Assembly: GCA_964599625.1 (NCBI GenBank)
Contig: CAZRGC010000002.1
Span: forward strand, 7,883 to 71,882
Direction: 5' to 3'
DNA length: 64,000 nt
From: an uncultured Gammaproteobacteria bacterium
GTDB taxonomy: Bacteria > Patescibacteriota > Microgenomatia > UBA8517
Shown here: positions 55,895 through 64,000 of the stretch, piece after piece
Position numbering within the stretch: position 1 is the first letter of the stretch
How the letters are laid out: every line of letters begins with the position of its first letter
Notes under the pieces: model-generated
The model's input: only the letters and a program-made list of their open reading frames with translations
What the model was told of the DNA's origin: nothing
Database searches by the model: none
Position numbers and translations under genes: made by a program

Positions 55895-57103
55895 ATGTAT
55901 AAAAAATTGTTTGTAAACATCTTGTTTGTGTTGGCTTCCGCACTGTTAATTTTTGGTGGAATAGTCGGGACCTCGGGCAGAATATTTTATCCAGAGCTTA
56001 ACTATTTTAAAAATAAAAACCTTGATTTTTCTGAGCTGCAAAAATATTTCAAAGAAGTTGCCAACAAAAAGGGAGCACTTTATGCGTTCAGCCTTCTTAA
56101 AATTGCAGATTTACCGTCAAATACCGATATACATTTGCTCGGGCACACCGTTGGTGACATTCTTTATAAACAAATGGGTGTGGATGGTATTCACTTTTGT
56201 AGTCAGGATTTTAGAAATTCATGTTCGCATTCCATTGTAATAGGCCTTTTTGTCGAAAAAGGGTTGGGAGCGCTTTCCGAAATTGCAGATGTCTGTAGGA
56301 GTGCACCCGGCGGATCAGGGGCATATGGAATGTGTTTTCATGGCCTCGGTCATGGAATATTGGCATATACGGGTTATGATATGGAAAAAGCTACAGAGCT
56401 TTGCGAAAAGACAGGAACTAAAGAAATGGGTTTTGTCGAAACCGCAGAGTGTGTTGGCGGTGTTGTGATGGAGATGACCGCCGGAGTCCACGATAAAGAT
56501 GCATGGATAAGGCAGAAAGACAAGTACCTCAAAATGGACAGCCCGCTTATGCCTTGCACAGAGAGTTTTATACCTGAAGTATCCAGGCCAAACTGTTTTC
56601 TTTATATAACCCCACACCTATGGGAAGTAGCTGGTGGCGATTTAGGTAATCCAACCGAAGATGTCTTTTCCCGGTCTTTTGCATATTGTGACAAGATGCC
56701 GGCGGGAATGAGTGTTTACAAAGCACTTTGCTATGGCGGTTTCGGAAAAGAGTTTGTGGGGCTTGCGCAGTCTAGAGACATTAGGGATATAGGTTCTATG
56801 AGCGACGCTGGACTGCAAAAAGTGTACAGGTGGTGCAAACTTGCACCAAATAAAAATGCAGTAAAATCCTGCCTGGATCAGGCAATAAATTCGTTGTACT
56901 GGGGTGGTGAAAACAAAACAGACGCTGTAATTAAGTTCTGTAGCTTTACAGACTCCAACGATAAGGAATCATGCTACAAACATGTAATCGGATCTTTCAG
57001 GTTTTATCAGAAAAATAATCTGCAAAACCTGAATGACAGTTGTGCCAAGTTGCCGGAACCATATTCATTTAAATGTTTGGACCCTGAGTTTGTCGAAGAT
57101 TGA
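55895..57103 (+). CDS. Cys/His-rich paralog 2
   Basis: IHLLGH, SCSHS, CFHGLGHG, CVGGVVME. Confidence 0.8.
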   Translation: MYKKLFVNILFVLASALLIFGGIVGTSGRIFYPELNYFKNKNLDFSELQKYFKEVANKKGALYAFSLLKIADLPSNTDIHLLGHTVGDILYKQMGVDGIHFCSQDFRNSCSHSIVIGLFVEKGLGALSEIADVCRSAPGGSGAYGMCFHGLGHGILAYTGYDMEKATELCEKTGTKEMGFVETAECVGGVVMEMTAGVHDKDAWIRQKDKYLKMDSPLMPCTESFIPEVSRPNCFLYITPHLWEVAGGDLGNPTEDVFSRSFAYCDKMPAGMSVYKALCYGGFGKEFVGLAQSRDIRDIGSMSDAGLQKVYRWCKLAPNKNAVKSCLDQAINSLYWGGENKTDAVIKFCSFTDSNDKESCYKHVIGSFRFYQKNNLQNLNDSCAKLPEPYSFKCLDPEFVED

Positions 57104-57105
57104 TA

Positions 57106-58278
57106 ATGAAAGTTAAAGTTTTATCCTTATTGATTGCAACGATTTTGGTTTGGTTTTTTTGGAATAATGACAGATTGCACCCAAACCTTAATTTAGGTAT
57201 ACAAAAATGCAAATCCGAAAAAAACCAAATTTGTTACAAGGATCTGATAATAAAGGTTTTTAATAAAACCGGGTTGGATGCGTCTTTGGACCTTGTAGAA
57301 AAAATCTATTCCATCGATTCTTCGTTTTCTTCTGTTTGTCACGATGTGGGTCATGTACTGGGGGCAGAAACTTATAAATTGTTTAAGTCGGGTAAAAATT
57401 TCAAAGTTACACCCAAAGTGGCATTTTGTTCATATGGGTTTTATCACGGATTTATGGAATATCTTGCGGCAGAAGGTGATGTTGAAAAAGCCAGAGATTT
57501 TTGCAGATACGTTGACGCTCAGGTGGCCAAAGTAACCCCTGATGCATCGCTTCAATGCTATCACGGTATTGGCCACGGATGGGTGAATATTCATGGAGAC
57601 AAAACACTTTTGGGTGACGATGTGGGAATAGTAAAAAAAGGTCTTTCACTTTGTGAAAAGGTTGCATCAAATGAGTCTGAATTAAGCAGATGTGCAACTG
57701 GGGTTTTTAATGGTATCGCTATTTTCTACGAGTCGGGTGAATATGACCTCCAAATCAAAAAAGACGATCCTATGTGGATTTGCAAAAGGGTTGATAAAAA
57801 ATTCGAAGATGCGTGTTATGTAAGTATGAATACAGTTTTGTTTGCAGTTACTGGGCAGGACTTTGCAAAATCAGCAAAGTACATTGAAGGAATAAAGGAC
57901 GATATGGTTGCATCCCATGCCATGATAAATTTGTCACTTCCTTTTAGTTTGGCGGAAATGGACAAGGTTGATCATTCTCGAAGCATTGCTGTATGCAGAG
58001 GTTTACAACCCAGGTTGACGGTCCCATGTTTGCAGGGTTTTGCCTTTGCGTACATGGAGCATGGTGAACCAGGGAAAGAATATCTTAAGGCAACCGGTTT
58101 TTGCAAAGATAATGGTTTGACTCCGGCAGAAGAAAAGGGTTGTTTGGGATACATTTATGGTTACATGGCACAGTGGTATCCTGCCGACAAGGCGTATGCA
58201 ATTTGCAAGGACGAAGGTGACTACTCCACATATTGTTCACAAAAGGTAGAAGAGGGTTTGGAAGGACTAGGAAAATGA
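57106..58278 (+). CDS. Cys/His-rich paralog 3
   Basis: CHDVGH, CSYGFYHG, CYHGIGHG, CATGVF. Confidence 0.8.
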   Translation: MKVKVLSLLIATILVWFFWNNDRLHPNLNLGIQKCKSEKNQICYKDLIIKVFNKTGLDASLDLVEKIYSIDSSFSSVCHDVGHVLGAETYKLFKSGKNFKVTPKVAFCSYGFYHGFMEYLAAEGDVEKARDFCRYVDAQVAKVTPDASLQCYHGIGHGWVNIHGDKTLLGDDVGIVKKGLSLCEKVASNESELSRCATGVFNGIAIFYESGEYDLQIKKDDPMWICKRVDKKFEDACYVSMNTVLFAVTGQDFAKSAKYIEGIKDDMVASHAMINLSLPFSLAEMDKVDHSRSIAVCRGLQPRLTVPCLQGFAFAYMEHGEPGKEYLKATGFCKDNGLTPAEEKGCLGYIYGYMAQWYPADKAYAICKDEGDYSTYCSQKVEEGLEGLGK

Positions 58279-59435
58279 AAAAGCTATATATTGCCGTCGG
58301 TTTAATTGTGTTCTCCTTTGTAATGTTTGTTGGCGATTTTCCGGTTCCAAAACCTTCTTTGGATAAGGTGGCTTTCTCAGTTATAACACTTTGTTCAGGC
58401 TCAAGCTTCAAACCAACTTGTTACGAAGAAGAAATACCAAAACTTATGGACCACCTTTCTATGGAGGATACGTTCGCCGTTACAGAATTAATACAAAGCC
58501 AGGTTACCGACTTTCCATATTGTCATGTTTTGGGGCATAAAGTCGCAAGTCTTGAGACAAAAAAAGATCCATCAAAATGGAAGAGTGTTATGGCAAGATG
58601 CCCCAGGGGAACTTGCTCCAATGGTTGTGTGCACGGAGCGTTCCAGGAAAGATATAAGTACGAAAACCTAAGTGCTCAGGACCTGTTGGCCGCCAAAAAA
58701 GACTTTGAGACTGTTTGCGAAAAAAGTGACTCTTTCGACCCTACAGGACTTGAGCAAGGAAGCTGTTACCATGCACTGGGCCATTTGATGATGTATTTAA
58801 CAAATGCTGACATAGAAGCTTCAGTTGATGCTTGCGACGAGGTTGCCAAAAAATCCGACGGGCGGGACTTTACAAATGTCTGTTATGCAGGCGCCTTTAT
58901 GCAGATTTTTCAGCCTTTGGATACTGACGATTTGGCGCTAGTCAAAAAGTTTGTGATAAGTCAGGATAATGCCTGGGGTTTTTGTTCAGGTTTTCCCGAT
59001 AAAAAAAGAAACTCTTGCTGGGAAGAATCTTGGCCACTCTTTCTTGAAAAAATTAGCATAGGGCGCGGGTTAATTGATTTTTGTTCGAAGTTGGGTAGTG
59101 GGGCGCAAAAGTGTACTAGAGACCTTTTATACATTATGCCAATTCAGTTCAGATTCAACCTTAATGCCATATCTAACTACTGTGCTAACTTACCAGGGGA
59201 TTACAGAGGAATGTGTTTTGCCATGACCGCCTCCAGAATTTTGGAGATTGACAGGAGAAACGGCGAGAAAGCTGTAAGTTTTTGTGTATCACTGGAGTCC
59301 AAAGATAAAGATGTCTGTTTGAATCAGGTTATAAAAGATGCGGAATTTGATTTCAACAAAAGTTCCCCGGAATATATCGGAATTTGTACAATTATGCCCG
59401 AACCCTGGAAAGGAAAATGTTTAAGATATGAATAA
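58275..59435 (+). CDS. Cys/His-rich paralog 4
   Basis: CHVLGH, CSNGCVHG, CYHALGH, CYAGAFMQ; ATGA coupling. Confidence 0.8.
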   Translation: MKKLYIAVGLIVFSFVMFVGDFPVPKPSLDKVAFSVITLCSGSSFKPTCYEEEIPKLMDHLSMEDTFAVTELIQSQVTDFPYCHVLGHKVASLETKKDPSKWKSVMARCPRGTCSNGCVHGAFQERYKYENLSAQDLLAAKKDFETVCEKSDSFDPTGLEQGSCYHALGHLMMYLTNADIEASVDACDEVAKKSDGRDFTNVCYAGAFMQIFQPLDTDDLALVKKFVISQDNAWGFCSGFPDKKRNSCWEESWPLFLEKISIGRGLIDFCSKLGSGAQKCTRDLLYIMPIQFRFNLNAISNYCANLPGDYRGMCFAMTASRILEIDRRNGEKAVSFCVSLESKDKDVCLNQVIKDAEFDFNKSSPEYIGICTIMPEPWKGKCLRYE

Positions 59436-60921
59436 ATTAAACATTTTTTTGATTGTTTTGTTGGCCTTACTAATATTTACAGTCCCAAAACATATCCCCA
59501 AAAACCATACTATTGTTTATGACGATAAGGGATACTCTCCGTCAGAGATTACTATAAATAAGAACGATAAGGTAACATTTGCTGGCAAAAGCCAGCATGT
59601 TTTTTGGCCCGCCTCAAATCCGCACCCAAACCACACTAACTTTCCTGATTTTGATTCCAAAAAAGGGATAAAACCTCCTGAGACGTGGAGTTTTACATTC
59701 AGAAAAGCAGGTGTGGTTACTTATCATGATCATCTAGACCCTGCATACAGGGGGAAAATAAGCGTTAAGGAGACAAATGTATTTTTTTGGTTGTATGCAA
59801 AGACTGCCGATTTTTTAAGACTTAATTTTTCGAAGCACAATGATAAATATTTAGAAAATGTTGCAAAGCTTTGTACAGGAAACGAATGGGAAGATAGAAA
59901 AAATCTTATAGATTGCTGGAGTAAATACTTCTCCGGTTTGGAAAAAGACTTCGGTCCAAAAGAGGCATTGTCAGTTCTAAATACTCTTACCGGAAAAGGG
60001 AAAATTTCGTTATCTGATTGCCATAACTATGCGGACCAAATTGGATCAGATGCTTACTGGAGTGAGGTTTCTGGTAGAAAATTCAAAATAGATAAAAGTT
60101 TTGGAATTTGCAGCCATGGCTTCTTTCATGGCTATATGTTGGAGCATGTGAGTCATGGTCAGGATTTTGAAGCGTCTTTCAAACTATGCGACGAGACCTC
60201 CGGGTTAAGCGAATCAATGGCAAGGGAGTGCTATGTTGGTGCGGGTAATGGTCTTATGTATTACTACTGGAGTAACTTGGGGAATGATTTGCTTAAAATA
60301 GTTCAAAACTCAAAACTTATTTGCGCCAAGACTGGCGACAACAAAGACAACTGTATTTACGGGATTTATGGAGGAATGGAGCATCTATATCTCAAAATCC
60401 ATGGCTCAGATTTCTCAGTGAACCAAACCGACCCTTTTTTTGTTTGTATACGGGAAAGTGAAAATAAATATAAACCCTATTGTTACGAAAAGACTGTCAG
60501 ACCTCTCTTTTCTGATTTGGGATTCGATGTTGTAAAGATTGCATCTTGGATTTCAAAAATTGGAGATTTTGAAATAATGAAGGCCGAAGCAAAAAATATT
60601 GGCAACTTTGTGAGTCAGTTTTGGATCTATAAGTCGCAAGAGGACCTTTTAATGTCTATTGGGAAGTGCAAGGTTTTTACCGGGATCTTGTACAACTCTT
60701 GCGTTGAAGGTGTTTTTGAGGGTATTTTTTCAAATCTTCTTGCCTCCCAAAAAATAAGTGATTTTGATTGTGAGATGGATAGACTGACTGCAGTTGACAA
60801 ACAAATTTGCAAATCAAAGAAAATTGAATCTGAAAATTCAGTAAAAACTGATCTATTGCAAACCCAAAAACACCATTTTGTTTTGAGTTGGGTATACAAA
60901 AATATTATGACTTTTGTGTGA
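59428..60921 (+). CDS. Cupredoxin-like domain + Cys/His-rich paralog 5
   Basis: WPASNPHPNH...YHDHLDP; CHNYAD, CSHGFFHG, CYVGAGNG. Confidence 0.8.
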   Translation: MNKLNIFLIVLLALLIFTVPKHIPKNHTIVYDDKGYSPSEITINKNDKVTFAGKSQHVFWPASNPHPNHTNFPDFDSKKGIKPPETWSFTFRKAGVVTYHDHLDPAYRGKISVKETNVFFWLYAKTADFLRLNFSKHNDKYLENVAKLCTGNEWEDRKNLIDCWSKYFSGLEKDFGPKEALSVLNTLTGKGKISLSDCHNYADQIGSDAYWSEVSGRKFKIDKSFGICSHGFFHGYMLEHVSHGQDFEASFKLCDETSGLSESMARECYVGAGNGLMYYYWSNLGNDLLKIVQNSKLICAKTGDNKDNCIYGIYGGMEHLYLKIHGSDFSVNQTDPFFVCIRESENKYKPYCYEKTVRPLFSDLGFDVVKIASWISKIGDFEIMKAEAKNIGNFVSQFWIYKSQEDLLMSIGKCKVFTGILYNSCVEGVFEGIFSNLLASQKISDFDCEMDRLTAVDKQICKSKKIESENSVKTDLLQTQKHHFVLSWVYKNIMTFV

Positions 60922-60931
60922 CGATGACCAT

Positions 60932-62362
60932 ATGAAGCGATTAATAAATAAAGTTATTTTAATAGTTGTTTTGCTTTTGGGTTTTGGGTTTTTATATCTA
61001 AACTTCATGACTGTAAGTGTAAAACTTACCAGCTCGGGGTTTGTGCCAATCTATACAACAATCCTCAGAGGACAGAGTGTTACTTTTTCTTCAGACATCA
61101 ATAAAACTTTTTGGCCGGCGAGCGACCCTCACCCTAACCATACAAATTTTTCTGCCTTTGACCCAAAAAAGGGAATAACACCCGGAGAAAGTTGGAAATT
61201 TAAGTTCGATAACTCCGGCACTTTTCAATACCATGATCATTTGGACCCGAGGTTTAGGGGGGTAATTACGGTTCTGGAAACCAACCCGCTCAGTTATTTT
61301 GCTAATACCTTAGCAAAAATTTATAAATCAAAATTTATCAAACTGGATGAAAATTACGCTAAAGATAAAATTAATTTGTGTAGCAAAAAACCAGGACGTG
61401 TTTACTACATGGAGTGTTGGTCTAATGTTTTTTCCGAACTAGTGAGGGACTGGGGTGCCGGCGATGCAATGAGGGTTTTGTCTGTGGTTAACAAAAACGC
61501 AAAAATGACGGTTGGCGACTGCCATCTGATTGCTGACCAAATCGGTACGGACGCATACTGGCAGTATATTTCAGGGAAGAAGTTTGATGAAGAGGTTGAC
61601 TTCTCACTTTGCGATTATGGCTTCTTTCATCATTTTATGTCTGAACATGTGAGTCATGGACAGAACTTCAAAGGGTCGGAGGAGTTTTGTAAATCATTAA
61701 AGGAAGGCCTTGTAGCCCAATGTTATCTCGGGATGGGTAATGGACTCTCATATTATTTTTGGAACTTGTTTCCAACAGACGCGGACAAGATAGTTAAAAA
61801 TTCACTGGAGGTGTGCGAAAAACTTTCGCAAAATAAAGATGAGTGTGTCTTTGGAGTTTATAGCGGTATTGACCATATTTATGAAGGTCAACACGGGTCG
61901 GAGTTGACAATTAACCTTTCTGATCCATTCTCGTTTTGCAGAAAACAAAAAAACGTTATTTATCAAAAATCTTGCTATGAAAGAATGGTTCCTTCTATGG
62001 CATATGCATTAAACAACGACGTAAGCGAGAGTGCGGGATATTTGGTTGGGAAAATATCAAAAATGCCACTATACGCACAGAAAGAGGCTTTGAGGCGTTT
62101 GGGAATTATGTTGTCGGAAGAAGAAGCTGTTAAGGAAAATTCAGACATTGTAAAGCCAATAGCTATTTGCAGGCGATTTTTTAACAAAATAAGGAATGAA
62201 TGCGAATGGGGTGTATTTTATAATATATTTGAAAACTCAAAACTGCCGTCAGATAAGTTTTACAGTGTTGATTGCGAGACTTTTGACCTGTCAAATAAGA
62301 TTGAATTAGAAAATTGCACTAATGCAGGAATTTCGGCATTTGGTAAACCTATAAATGAATAA
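60932..62362 (+). CDS. Cupredoxin-like domain + Cys/His-rich paralog 6
   Basis: WPASDPHPNH...YHDHLDP; CHLIAD, CDYGFFHH, CYLGMGNG. Confidence 0.8.
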   Translation: MKRLINKVILIVVLLLGFGFLYLNFMTVSVKLTSSGFVPIYTTILRGQSVTFSSDINKTFWPASDPHPNHTNFSAFDPKKGITPGESWKFKFDNSGTFQYHDHLDPRFRGVITVLETNPLSYFANTLAKIYKSKFIKLDENYAKDKINLCSKKPGRVYYMECWSNVFSELVRDWGAGDAMRVLSVVNKNAKMTVGDCHLIADQIGTDAYWQYISGKKFDEEVDFSLCDYGFFHHFMSEHVSHGQNFKGSEEFCKSLKEGLVAQCYLGMGNGLSYYFWNLFPTDADKIVKNSLEVCEKLSQNKDECVFGVYSGIDHIYEGQHGSELTINLSDPFSFCRKQKNVIYQKSCYERMVPSMAYALNNDVSESAGYLVGKISKMPLYAQKEALRRLGIMLSEEEAVKENSDIVKPIAICRRFFNKIRNECEWGVFYNIFENSKLPSDKFYSVDCETFDLSNKIELENCTNAGISAFGKPINE

Positions 62363-63632
62363 ATACAAAAAAATAGTGTTTGTTTTAGTTTTTTTTGCAT
62401 TATCTTTGGGCACTATAGTTGTATACCAGCATCTAAATAAAAGCAGAACCGCAAAAGATTTTGAAATTGTTTACACAAGTGATGGTTTTGTCCCACAAGA
62501 CATAGTGATAACAAAAGGAGACCGAGTAATATTTAAAAATAACTCCGACCGTCCCTTTTGGCCAGCAAGTGATCCTCATCCGCTGCATTCAATTTACCCA
62601 CAGTTTGATCCCAAGCGCCCAATAGAATCGGGTGAAAGTTGGGCTTTCATTTTTCCCAAAACTGGTGAATGGAAATTTCATGACCATTTGTTTCCTGTGA
62701 ACAGAGGCCTTGTAAATGTTTTAGACCCTAAAGATGTCAAAGATCCTGCAACGGCCCTTAAAAGAGATGAAGTGGAAAAACTTATCGAAAAAAAAGGAGT
62801 GGAAAATGCGTATAAGCATCTAAAAACTATTTATGATCCTGCAACCGCCGCCGCGCATTCCACTTTTCATTTGTTTGGTGAGGTCTTATATCAAAAATTT
62901 TCAGTAAATGGTATTGAATATTGTGACGGCTTTGCAGGTTTTGGGTGTTATCACGGACATTTTATAAAGGCGGTAGCTGAAAAGGGTGTGGAGATTGCAA
63001 TTGAGCTGGATAAGGTTTGTTTGGCCAAGTTTGGTGAAAAAGGTTTGGGTTGTCCACATGGGATAGGCCATGGTCTTTTGGAATATTTTGGGCACGGAAA
63101 AATAACTGAAGCACTTGAGATATGCAAAAAGCTTACTTGGAAAGGGCCCTTGTTTGGTTGTTCCGGCGGTGTGTTTATGGAAAACAACTTTCCCACAGTT
63201 TTTGAAAAAGATGGAGCAAGAAGAGTATCAACCAGAGAAGCTCACGGAAATCTGTTTCAACCTTGCATAGATGCGCCAGTTGGCTATAAACAAGCATGTT
63301 ATTTTGAACAAGCTTCTTGGTGGAACGATGTTTTGAAACGTGATTCCCAAAAAATCGGAAACTTTTGCAACTCGCTTAAAGACCAGAGTGAGAACGAGAG
63401 TTGTTTATTGGGCGCAGGAAATTCAATTGCAGAGATTTCAGAATATAATGCCAACGAAGTTGCTCAGTATTGCAAGTCTGTCCCGGGTAACAAATCGATA
63501 GCGCTGTGTAGAGCCGGTGCTGCTTGGGCTTTTTTTGCTAATCCTGCAAAGAGAGAAATCTCAAAAACATTGTGCCAGGGTTTGGGTAATTTCGAGGATT
63601 TGTGTTTGTCTAAGATGATGATTGTAAAATAG
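62355..63632 (+). CDS. Cupredoxin-like domain + Cys/His-rich paralog 7
   Basis: WPASDPHPLH...FHDHL; HSTFH, GCYHG, CPHGIGHG, CSGGVFME. Confidence 0.8.
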   Translation: MNKYKKIVFVLVFFALSLGTIVVYQHLNKSRTAKDFEIVYTSDGFVPQDIVITKGDRVIFKNNSDRPFWPASDPHPLHSIYPQFDPKRPIESGESWAFIFPKTGEWKFHDHLFPVNRGLVNVLDPKDVKDPATALKRDEVEKLIEKKGVENAYKHLKTIYDPATAAAHSTFHLFGEVLYQKFSVNGIEYCDGFAGFGCYHGHFIKAVAEKGVEIAIELDKVCLAKFGEKGLGCPHGIGHGLLEYFGHGKITEALEICKKLTWKGPLFGCSGGVFMENNFPTVFEKDGARRVSTREAHGNLFQPCIDAPVGYKQACYFEQASWWNDVLKRDSQKIGNFCNSLKDQSENESCLLGAGNSIAEISEYNANEVAQYCKSVPGNKSIALCRAGAAWAFFANPAKREISKTLCQGLGNFEDLCLSKMMIVK

Positions 63633-63633
63633 A

Positions 63634-64000
63634 ATGGCGATATCCTCCAAATATTCTTTTAAGTTGATTGCTGCTGTTTTGGTTATCTCGGCAGTCTTTG
63701 TTTTGTATAGAAAAGCTCCTGAAAACACAAGTGTTCAATATAATAAGGAAGGGTTTAGCCCCAAAATAGTTACGATAAACAAAGGAGATGTGGTTACATT
63801 TATAAATAGTTCCGGACTTTCGTTTTGGCCCGCAAGCGATCTTCATCCGTCACATCTTGTTTACCCCGAATTTGATAGCAAAAGCGCACTGCCTTCAGGA
63901 CAAAGTTGGTCATTTGAGTTTAACAAAATTGGAAAATGGGCGTTTCATGATCATCTGGATCCAACAAAAATTGGAACAGTTGTTGTTAAAGGGTTTCCGG
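63634..64000 (+). CDS. Cupredoxin-like domain protein, truncated by the window end (likely paralog 8)
   Basis: Manual translation MAISSKYSFKLIAAVLV...FSPKIVTINKGDVVTF...WPASDLHPSH...FHDHLDP. Confidence 0.8.
   Translation, partial: MAISSKYSFKLIAAVLVISAVFVLYRKAPENTSVQYNKEGFSPKIVTINKGDVVTFINSSGLSFWPASDLHPSHLVYPEFDSKSALPSGQSWSFEFNKIGKWAFHDHLDPTKIGTVVVKGFP

Noticed and set aside
52684-63632. Multiheme c-type cytochromes
   Set aside because: No CxxCH motifs; the Cys/His spacing differs.

Overview
AT-rich bacterial chromosome segment using the standard code 11 (TGA is a stop). Gene content and style suggest Patescibacteria/CPR, probably Microgenomates; this assignment is an inference. The left part (1-17 kb) holds surface-protein genes, radA, a sortase with a tiny substrate, a GT2 and a GT-C-like glycosyltransferase, rho, a LysM-M23 peptidase, tRNA-Ala(CGC) and two promoter-to-terminator candidate sRNAs. 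Two accessory regions stand out. (A) About 18.2-47.5 kb encodes a Tat translocase with four tatA-family genes plus tatC. It also holds five large signal-peptide-less Thr/Ser/Gly-rich proteins that look like phage virion/tail-tip proteins, four of them sharing a C-terminal domain. There is no capsid, portal, terminase or integrase. The same region has SH3 membrane anchors, a membrane protein with an internal twin-arginine signal, dCache kinases, stand-alone receivers and a glycosyltransferase/methyltransferase pair. It may be a domesticated phage-tail-like surface appendage exported by Tat. (B) About 49.6-64 kb encodes VKOR, an SdpA/SdpB(HTTM)-like pair, and seven paralogous secreted Cys/His-rich helical proteins (three with Cys-less cupredoxin domains) plus a truncated eighth gene. 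These surround a secreted protein with Tyr-rich octapeptide repeats fused to a Hint domain, which may form a metal-dependent Tyr-modification or cross-linking system. All family assignments come from motif recognition by eye; no database search was run.
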